Assembly (NCBI GenBank): GCA_964522435.1
Contig: CAZFUL010000001.1
Location: 11,612 to 75,611 of the forward strand
Source of the DNA: an uncultured Gammaproteobacteria bacterium
GTDB taxonomy: Bacteria > Patescibacteriota > Patescibacteriia > Magasanikbacterales > UBA922
Length of the DNA: 64,000 nt
Reading direction: 5' to 3'
Shown here: positions 57,299 through 64,000 of the stretch, piece after piece
How the letters are laid out: every line of letters begins with the position of its first letter
Position numbering within the stretch: the stretch's first letter is position 1
Notes under the pieces: generated by a model
What the model was told of the DNA's origin: nothing
What the model saw: the letters and a program-made list of their open reading frames with translations, nothing else
The model's database searches: none
Position numbers and translations under genes: made by a program

Positions 57299-57736
57299 AT
57301 GAAGAATAAAAGACTTATGCTAAACAAAAAACGAGCCTTTCTTTTTAGTCTGTTTTTGTACCTAAGTTCATTTATTATCTATACAATACTCTTTGTATTG
57401 CCATTTTCTTTTTTTTCTCCTGATAATTCCCAAGCGCTGCGGAATTATGTATTTACCTGGGTGGTAAATATTCCCATCGTGTTGCTGTTAGCAAAGTGGT
57501 ATTTTAAAAAAGCAACGGCCTCTGTACAACACGGCTTTCGTTTGGGCTGTGTCGCGATTATTTTCGCTATTGTCTTTGATGCGTTGTTTATGCTTATTAC
57601 TGTCCTTGCTGGGCAATCAATTGATCAGGTTGCACTCTTTTCTGATTGGAAACCCTTCGTCACATTGGTTGAAATTATTGCGCTCACTACGATAGCAGGA
57701 GGAGAATTTGATAAAACCTATAGTGCAACCATGTAG
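57299..57736 (+). CDS. hypothetical membrane protein
   Basis: Start moved to the ATG at 57299 (MKNKRL...). Four hydrophobic helices. Confidence 0.3.
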   Translation: MKNKRLMLNKKRAFLFSLFLYLSSFIIYTILFVLPFSFFSPDNSQALRNYVFTWVVNIPIVLLLAKWYFKKATASVQHGFRLGCVAIIFAIVFDALFMLITVLAGQSIDQVALFSDWKPFVTLVEIIALTTIAGGEFDKTYSATM

Positions 57737-57814
57737 CTACCATCGGTATATACGCGGTTGTTAGCGTAAACCTATTATTGACAAACAGGTTTTTTTCATA
57801 TATAGACAAGTGAT

Positions 57815-58441
57815 ATGAGAACAGCAGAACAAGAGCATCATCTTATTGCAGCCGTACGCGAACGAGTGACCGCTTTTTTTGGCGAATTTCCCGCACCAGC
57901 GCATGGTATTGAACATGTGGCACGGGTAGCCACCTATGCAAAACGCATTGCCCACAGTGAAGGCGCAGCAAGTCCTTTTTTGTGTGAACTTGCTGGACTG
58001 TTGCATGATATTGGTCGTGTTCCGGAACATTTTGAAAAAAAATCTGGTGGGCATCATGAATTGTCGTATCAATTATTACAAGAGTGGTTTCGAGAAGGAT
58101 TTTTAGATAATGACCTTACGGAAGAAGAAAAAAAAGAATTGTTATACGCGGTACGTTACCACTGGAATAATGTTGCGGATGACTATGAAAGTGCGTGGAT
58201 ACTGAGAGATGCAGATAAACTCGACTCGTTTGGAACCATTGGTATAGAACGCATGGAAGAATTTTTTGGTACGGATAATCACGAAGGCATTAACCAAAAT
58301 TTGCGAAATGTGTTTGATATGCATTATTGGGTACGAACTGCTGCGGCAAAAAAGATTATGGAAGAAGATGAGCTTATGGAGCCTATAGAAGCGTATTACA
58401 AAGAATTTCTCGCGAAAAAGATATCTCCGATTTCGTTATGA
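57815..58441 (+). CDS. HD-domain phosphohydrolase
   Basis: 'HGIEHVARVA' ... 'LLHDIGR' ... 'RDADKLD'. Confidence 0.7.
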   Translation: MRTAEQEHHLIAAVRERVTAFFGEFPAPAHGIEHVARVATYAKRIAHSEGAASPFLCELAGLLHDIGRVPEHFEKKSGGHHELSYQLLQEWFREGFLDNDLTEEEKKELLYAVRYHWNNVADDYESAWILRDADKLDSFGTIGIERMEEFFGTDNHEGINQNLRNVFDMHYWVRTAAAKKIMEEDELMEPIEAYYKEFLAKKISPISL

Positions 58442-59517
58442 TAAATAAACCGGTGCGAGTATTGGTTGGTATGAGTGGCGGCGTAGACTCGAGTGTGGCT
58501 GCGGCTCTTTTAGTAGAACAAGGCGTTGATGTTACGGGGGCATTTATGAAGCAATGGAGTGATACGAAAGATGTCTCCGGCTTGTGCAGCTGGAAACAAG
58601 ATCGCCGCGATGCGTTACGAGTTGCTGCCCATTTGGGTATTCCCTTACTTACCTTAGATTTTGAACAAGAATATCGTGAGAGCGTGATGTCATATTTGTT
58701 TACTGAATATAGTGCTGGGAGAACACCGAACCCGGATGTGCTCTGTAATAAAGATATTAAATTTGGCGCCTGGTTACGAACCGCACAGCGTTTAGGATTT
58801 TCGCATCTTGCCACCGGACATTATGCGCAGATACAAAGCAGCACCAAAGAGGGGATAACGCAGTATCAATTACTCTCCTCTGTAGATGAAGAAAAAGACC
58901 AAACCTATTTTTTACATCAGCTGAATCAGGAACAATTAGCCCATACCTTGTTTCCGATTGGTGGCTATACCAAAAAACAGGTACGAGAATTAGCAAAAAA
59001 ATATCATTTGCCTACTGCTGATAGGGCAGAAAGCATGGGGATTTGTTTTGTGGGAGAAATGCCTATGAAACAATTTTTAGAACAAAAAATACCGCATACC
59101 CCTGGAGATATCCGTATGAGTACCGGAGAAATTATTGGAACGCACGATGGATTGGCTTTTTATACTATTGGTCAAAGACATGGTTTTGAACAAGTGGGTG
59201 GTGGACGGCCTTTATTTGTTGTTCAAAAAAAATTTGCTGAAAATCAGCTTATTGTTGGTTATGATGATGATCCCTTGTTATATACCAAAGAGGTACTGCT
59301 TGATACGATGGATTGGGTGAGTGGACAGACACCCACGCTTCCGCTACACTGTAGGGTAAGAACCCGACATCGACAGCCGCTTCAAGAGGCGACAATCGTC
59401 TGGTCAGAAGAAAAATATTCTCTTCTCTTTTTAGAAAAACAAAAAGCCATTACTCCTGGGCAGTTTGCCGTTTTGTATCATAGAGACGCCTGTTTAGGGG
59501 GTGGCATTATTAGCTAA
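58438..59517 (+). CDS. mnmA: tRNA 2-thiouridylase MnmA
   Basis: PP-loop 'VLVGMSGGVDSSVAAALL' and catalytic Cys residues. Confidence 0.9.
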   Translation: MINKPVRVLVGMSGGVDSSVAAALLVEQGVDVTGAFMKQWSDTKDVSGLCSWKQDRRDALRVAAHLGIPLLTLDFEQEYRESVMSYLFTEYSAGRTPNPDVLCNKDIKFGAWLRTAQRLGFSHLATGHYAQIQSSTKEGITQYQLLSSVDEEKDQTYFLHQLNQEQLAHTLFPIGGYTKKQVRELAKKYHLPTADRAESMGICFVGEMPMKQFLEQKIPHTPGDIRMSTGEIIGTHDGLAFYTIGQRHGFEQVGGGRPLFVVQKKFAENQLIVGYDDDPLLYTKEVLLDTMDWVSGQTPTLPLHCRVRTRHRQPLQEATIVWSEEKYSLLFLEKQKAITPGQFAVLYHRDACLGGGIIS

Positions 59518-60349
59518 CCTGTTTAGGAGTATGGCAATATATTCAGACCCAAAAGAACTGGTGGATTGGTACGATAACCAAGAACGAGTACTGACCAAAG
59601 ACTTTTTAGCCACTATTCCTTGGGAAGATGTGAGTAAATATGAAGTAGATCCGTCATTTTTGCCGGTTTTGATTTACTTTCGGGATGTAGAAAAATTTAC
59701 CGAAATTTACTTTCAAAAAATGTTACAAACACCCACGGGACGCGATGGCGTGGTGAGACAATTTATGGATAAATGGCGAACAGAAGAAGATTTGCATGGA
59801 GAACTCATGAATCGCTTTATCAATGAATTAGGCTATAAAACTGATGATAATTGGTTTGAAGAAGCAAAACGTAACATTCCTTTTCGTTGGCGTTTTTCTA
59901 GTGCCATGAGTTCTGTGCTTGCCAATATGGTGGGAAAGCGTTTTACCGCAGTGCACATGACCTGGGGCGCCATTAATGAAATGACGACGTTAACCGGCTA
60001 TCGCCGGTTGTGGACTCTCGCCAAACATCCCGTTCTTGAATATATTTTGCGCGCTATTGCCCGCGAAGAAGCCAACCATGCCTTTTTCTATAGTAGTTTA
60101 GCAAAATTAAAACTTGCCCAATCCAAATCAGCGCAAGACATTACGCGCTATATTATTAAAACGTTTTGGTCTCCCGTAGGAGAGGGAACCAAGCCGCCAT
60201 CAGATACGAACTATGTGATTAAACATTTGTTTAATGGCCAAGAAGGGGTAGATATTATGGATCAGTTTGTGAATAAACGCTTGGAGGATTTTCCTGGATT
60301 TAAAGGATGTAAAGCAATTACTGATCGTATTGCGCAAGTAGTAACCTAA
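59501..60349 (+). CDS. ferritin-like di-iron carboxylate protein (acyl-ACP desaturase-like)
   Basis: Two ExxH motifs, 'TEEDLHGE' and 'REEANHAFF', in a helical protein. The assignment is tentative. Confidence 0.45.
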   Translation: MALLANLFRSMAIYSDPKELVDWYDNQERVLTKDFLATIPWEDVSKYEVDPSFLPVLIYFRDVEKFTEIYFQKMLQTPTGRDGVVRQFMDKWRTEEDLHGELMNRFINELGYKTDDNWFEEAKRNIPFRWRFSSAMSSVLANMVGKRFTAVHMTWGAINEMTTLTGYRRLWTLAKHPVLEYILRAIAREEANHAFFYSSLAKLKLAQSKSAQDITRYIIKTFWSPVGEGTKPPSDTNYVIKHLFNGQEGVDIMDQFVNKRLEDFPGFKGCKAITDRIAQVVT

Positions 60350-60359
60350 TTTTTTAGTG

Positions 60360-60460
60360 TAACTCACTGGTCATTCCCGCGAAGGCGGGAATCCACTCAA
60401 TAATTATAAAGAGTGGACCCCCGCTTTCGCGGGGGTGACATCTCTTTAATGCTATTTAGG
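60360..60460. repeat. GC-rich palindromic intergenic element (three hairpins)
   Basis: 'tcccgcgaaggcggga' ... 'ccactcaataattataaagagtgg' ... 'cccccgctttcgcggggg'. The outer arms are near-identical inverted copies. GC-rich in an AT-rich spacer. Confidence 0.5.
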
Positions 60461-60462
60461 CT

Positions 60463-62400
60463 ATGATGTTAACAACAAATCAAATACGACAAAAATATCT
60501 TGAATACTTTAAAAAGCATGAGCACGAAATACTGCCCTCTGCTTCGTTATTACCAGAAAATGACCCAACCACCTTGTTTACTGGCTCAGGCATGCAGCCC
60601 ATGCTGCCATATTTATTAGGACAAAGTCATCCAAAAGGCAAACGCCTCGTTGATTCACAAAAATGTTTTCGCGCCGTTGATATTGAAGAAGTTGGAGACA
60701 ACCGTCACACCACGTTTTTTGAAATGCTGGGAAATTGGTCCCTTGGTGATTATTTTAAACAAGAACAAATTCTCTGGATGTGGACATTTTTAACCAAAGA
60801 AATAGGGTTAAATCCACAGCATTTATATATTACCTGTTTTCGTGGCAATGAGGCCTTAGGTATTCCTCGCGATACGGAGGCTGCAGAACTCTGGCAAGGC
60901 TTGTTTAAAGAAGTAAATATTGATGCCAAGATTGGCGAAAATCCTGAACAAGATGGTATTCAAGAAGGAGAACGTATTTTTTATTATCCGGAAAAGAAAA
61001 ATTGGTGGAGCCGAGCGGGTGTGCCAGGCAATATGCCAGTAGGAGAACCGGGCGGACCCGATGCAGAAATGTTTTGGGATTTTGGCAGTGAGAGGGGATT
61101 GCATGAACAATCACCATGGAAAGAGGAACCTTGTCATGTAAATTGCGATTGTGGTCGATTTATGGAAATCGGCAACAATGTGTTTATGATGTATCAAAAA
61201 ACAGATGCTGGATTTGTGGAATTACAACAAAAAAACATTGATTTTGGTGGTGGTCTGGAGCGTATTGCGGCAGCCCTCAACAATGATCCGGATATGTTTA
61301 TGATTGATGTGTTTGCAGAGGTGAAAAAAACAATTGAGGCCTTGAGTGGAAAATTATATGGACAGCAGCCAAAAGAAACCTATGCCTTTCGAGTTATTCT
61401 TGATCATATTCGTGCCGCAACCTTTTTAATTGCGGATGGCGCCGTTCCGTCAAATAAAGATCAAGGGTATTTTACTCGTCGTCTTATTCGTCGGGCAGTG
61501 CGCTATGGGCGTGATCTTGGTATTCATAGCAATTTTTGTGCGGATATTGCGAACAGCTATATTGCTACCTATACAGAAGCCTATAAAGATTTGGCAGATA
61601 AACAATCCATTATTATTGCTGAATTGCAAAAAGAAGAAGAAAAATTTAGAAAAACCTTAGATGCGGGGATAAAAGAATTTGAGAAATTGTTAGCAGGTTT
61701 TGCGATTGCGTTTGAAAAAACAGGGCGTAAAATCACGGAAATTTCTGGAAAACAAGCGTTTCAATTATATGATACCTTTGGTTTTCCTATTGAGATTACG
61801 CAAGAATTAGCAGCTGAACATGGCTTAACCATTGATAGTGCTGGGTTTACGCAGGCGTTTGATCAGCATAAAGATATGTCTCGCGAGGCCTCTGTAGGCA
61901 AATTTAAAGGTGGTTTGGCTGACCATAGTGATATGAGTCTCAAATACCATACAGCAACGCATTTGTTGCATATTGCTCTTAGAAAAGTATTAGGGAATCA
62001 CGTGGAACAAAAGGGAAGCAATATCACGCCAGAGCGTCTACGCTTTGACTTTAATCATGCAGAAAAAATGACCGCAGAACAAATCAAACAGGTTGAGGAT
62101 TTGGTCAATGCCGCTATTCAAAAAGATTATCCCGTGAGTTGGCAAGAGATGCCCGTACAACAGGCCTTTGATCAAGGCGTTATTGGGGTATTTCCAGATC
62201 GGTATGACGATGTGATTAAAGTGTATACCATTGGCGACCCTGCTCACTCAGGGAATGCCAATCCGACTGAGCCTACCTTTAGTCGAGAAATTTGTGGTGG
62301 CCCACATGTGGAGCACACCGGAGTGCTTGGGGTATTTAAAATTAGCAAAGAAGAATCATCAAGTGCCGGTATTAGACGGATTAAAGCCATATTGCAATAA
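60463..62400 (+). CDS. alaS: alanine--tRNA ligase (short form lacking the C-terminal C-Ala domain)
   Basis: Class II catalytic N-terminus 'FTGSGMQPMLPY...FEMLGNWS', editing-domain 'HTATHLLHIALRKVLG'. Ends at 645 aa. Confidence 0.9.
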   Translation: MMLTTNQIRQKYLEYFKKHEHEILPSASLLPENDPTTLFTGSGMQPMLPYLLGQSHPKGKRLVDSQKCFRAVDIEEVGDNRHTTFFEMLGNWSLGDYFKQEQILWMWTFLTKEIGLNPQHLYITCFRGNEALGIPRDTEAAELWQGLFKEVNIDAKIGENPEQDGIQEGERIFYYPEKKNWWSRAGVPGNMPVGEPGGPDAEMFWDFGSERGLHEQSPWKEEPCHVNCDCGRFMEIGNNVFMMYQKTDAGFVELQQKNIDFGGGLERIAAALNNDPDMFMIDVFAEVKKTIEALSGKLYGQQPKETYAFRVILDHIRAATFLIADGAVPSNKDQGYFTRRLIRRAVRYGRDLGIHSNFCADIANSYIATYTEAYKDLADKQSIIIAELQKEEEKFRKTLDAGIKEFEKLLAGFAIAFEKTGRKITEISGKQAFQLYDTFGFPIEITQELAAEHGLTIDSAGFTQAFDQHKDMSREASVGKFKGGLADHSDMSLKYHTATHLLHIALRKVLGNHVEQKGSNITPERLRFDFNHAEKMTAEQIKQVEDLVNAAIQKDYPVSWQEMPVQQAFDQGVIGVFPDRYDDVIKVYTIGDPAHSGNANPTEPTFSREICGGPHVEHTGVLGVFKISKEESSSAGIRRIKAILQ

Positions 62401-62403
62401 GTT

Positions 62404-62793
62404 ATGATGCGCATATCTCGTCAAACACTCTCCCAATTTATTCGCTATGCCGTTGCGGGTGCGCTTGGGGTGACACTTGATCTTGCCATACTTTCTTATT
62501 TTAAAGAGGTACAAGAATTTTCAGTAGTCACTGCGGTTATGCTCAACCAGTCGATTATGGTTATGGTTATGTTCATGCTCCATAAACACTGGTCATTTAA
62601 AAATAAACAAATTCCTCATGCCCAATTTGTTCGCTATTTGCTTTTATTGGCATTTAATTATATAGTAGCGGTAGTATTGATGGGAATAGTCACCGAACTC
62701 TTTGATATCGACTATCGTTTCGTCCGATTAGGAACCATTGCACTATCAGCGTCGTGGAACTTTTATCTCTATCGACATTGGGTGTATACCTAA
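62404..62793 (+). CDS. GtrA-family membrane protein
   Basis: 'QFIRYAVAGALGVTLDLAILSYF' plus four TM segments. Confidence 0.7.
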   Translation: MMRISRQTLSQFIRYAVAGALGVTLDLAILSYFKEVQEFSVVTAVMLNQSIMVMVMFMLHKHWSFKNKQIPHAQFVRYLLLLAFNYIVAVVLMGIVTELFDIDYRFVRLGTIALSASWNFYLYRHWVYT

Positions 62794-62925
62794 GAATCCT
62801 GAAACAAGCATGCCTGCGGGTAGGCAAGTTCGGGATGATAATAGCTACAGATCTAACGTTATTCACACTGGGCAGAAAGAATTCCTTGACAAATATTCTT
62901 TCTTCTTATAAAATACGCCCAGTTA

Positions 62926-63156
62926 ATGTACATTTTAAGAATGGCTAAACAAGACAAAATCGTCTTTGAAGGAACTGTTGATGAAGTACTTCCAGGAGCA
63001 AAGTTTCGTGTTCGCTTAGAAAGTGATCATGAAATCATTGCCTACTTGGGAGGAAAAATGCAAAAGTTTCATATTCGTTTAGGGGTTGGAGATAAAGTCA
63101 AAGTAGAGATGACCCCATACGATTTGACAAAAGGACGAATTATCTATAGAATATAG
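62926..63156 (+). CDS. infA: translation initiation factor IF-1
   Basis: '[24 protein letters not shown]...' S1-like fold. Confidence 0.9.
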   Translation: MYILRMAKQDKIVFEGTVDEVLPGAKFRVRLESDHEIIAYLGGKMQKFHIRLGVGDKVKVEMTPYDLTKGRIIYRI

Positions 63157-63250
63157 CAAGTATCAATCAGTGCGGTGGAGCCTCCTCCTTTTATTGGAAG
63201 CTAAGATATCGCGGCAGTGGTTGATATTTTTTGTTTGAAAGAAACCTTTT

Positions 63251-63388
63251 ATGAAAGTCCAAGCATCGGTAAAATCTCGTTGTAAAAATTGTAAAGGCGT
63301 TCGTCGACGTGGTGTTTTGTATAATATTTGTGAAAATCCTCGACATAAACAACGTCAAGGAACAAAACAACGGTCAAAAGCAGCCTAG
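63251..63388 (+). CDS. rpmJ: 50S ribosomal protein L36
   Basis: Translates as '[37 protein letters not shown]...' with a zinc ribbon. It is absent from the ORF track because it is short. It follows infA, as in the conserved infA-rpmJ-rpsM-rpsK order. Confidence 0.85.
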   Translation: MKVQASVKSRCKNCKGVRRRGVLYNICENPRHKQRQGTKQRSKAA

Positions 63389-63460
63389 AGGTTGTCAGAC
63401 GTGATACTCACGTCTGCAAATCTCTCCATTTAGTTAACATAGTATTATTTAATAATCGGT

Positions 63461-63847
63461 ATGCGTGTAGCAGGTATAACCATTCCAACCAATAAACGAG
63501 TCGTGATTGCGCTGACCTATGTATTTGGTATTGGATTAACCATGTCAAAAAAGATTTTGACCAGTGTAAAGATTGATGAATCAATCAGAGTAAAGGATTT
63601 ATCTCGTGAACAAGAAGATGCGATTCGTGCATTTATTGAAAAAGGGTTAACTACCGAAGGAAACTTACGCCGAGAAATTTCTGCAAATATTAAACGATTA
63701 AAAGATATTAAATCATATCGTGGAATTAGACACACAAAACGATTACCTGTTCGTGGGCAACGCACAAAAACAAATTCTCGAACCCCACGTGGTAATAAAC
63801 GGAATTTGGCAACAAGTGGTAAAAAACCTGCGGCACAAAAGACTTAA
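63461..63847 (+). CDS. rpsM: 30S ribosomal protein S13
   Basis: '[25 protein letters not shown]'. Confidence 0.9.
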   Translation: MRVAGITIPTNKRVVIALTYVFGIGLTMSKKILTSVKIDESIRVKDLSREQEDAIRAFIEKGLTTEGNLRREISANIKRLKDIKSYRGIRHTKRLPVRGQRTKTNSRTPRGNKRNLATSGKKPAAQKT

Positions 63848-63885
63848 TATACACTCGATTATCAGTACTTACGAATTTTTCACGT

Positions 63886-64000
63886 ATGGCTAAAACTCTT
63901 CTTAAGAAAAAAAAGAAAAAAGTTATTAAACAAGTCGGTAGTGGCCGAGCTTATGTTCAAGCTAGTTTTAATAACACAATTGTTACGTTCACTGATCAAA
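63886..64000 (+). CDS. rpsK: 30S ribosomal protein S11 (3'-truncated at window end)
   Basis: 'MAKTLLKKKKKKVIKQVGSGRAYVQASFNNTIVTFTDQ' from the ATG at 63886. The frame runs off the window. Confidence 0.85.
   Translation, partial: MAKTLLKKKKKKVIKQVGSGRAYVQASFNNTIVTFTDQ

Noticed and set aside
18190-60400. Shared 11-mer 'gcgaaggcggg' between the tRNA-Arg 3' flank and the alaS upstream palindrome, as possible evidence of a repeat family.
   Set aside because: Two occurrences of a short GC-rich string could be coincidence. It is kept as a note inside a finding, not called as a repeat family, until a genome-wide search is done.
1-64000. CRISPR arrays, rRNA genes, transposases and integrases.
   Set aside because: There are no regularly spaced direct repeats, no 16S/23S/5S signature stretches, and no DDE or tyrosine-recombinase ORFs.

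Overview
This window is AT-rich (roughly 30-40% GC in hand-counted samples) and densely packed with genes, as in a small-genome, CPR/Patescibacteria-like bacterium. It carries a truncated AlaRS, a short Rel enzyme and many small membrane proteins. Most of it is housekeeping: scpAB, a D-Ala-D-Ala carboxypeptidase, an ABC exporter, tRNA-Leu(CAA), parAB, rel, topA, a FolC-like ligase, dprA, pth, der, an LCP protein, tRNA-Arg and recG. It continues with radA, clpC/B, phosphomannomutase and a mannose-1-P guanylyltransferase, YjjX, an SDR, a MutS with a C-terminal HNH nuclease, htpX, lemA, rseP, pheST, rpmA, ftsW-murG, a TraD/VirD4-like ATPase, mnmA, alaS, infA, rpmJ, rpsM and rpsK. The stand-out is a ~3.6 kb island at about 20.78-24.37 kb, between recG and radA, whose composition is sharply different (about 60% GC in sampled stretches). 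It holds four plus-strand transcription units, each with its own sigma70-like promoter and intrinsic terminator. The first encodes a 589-aa multi-pass membrane protein with a long Ala/Gln/Glu-rich coiled coil, and the other three encode paralogous ~95-aa proteins sharing a P-x-G-Y-[RY]-[YW]-[DN] ... M-[EK]-x-L-L core. Two of the paralog cassettes share a conserved 3' 'ctgttg...caacag' stem-loop module. I recognise no integrase, tRNA junction, direct repeats or known defence-system signature; this island is the best candidate for an undescribed system, but it could also be an assembly chimera. Other points worth follow-up are a candidate sRNA with a textbook promoter between rel and topA, a MutS7-like MutS-HNH fusion, a membrane-anchored SLT+SGNH protein in a DsbA/TolB-like envelope cluster, and GC-rich palindromic elements in intergenic spacers.
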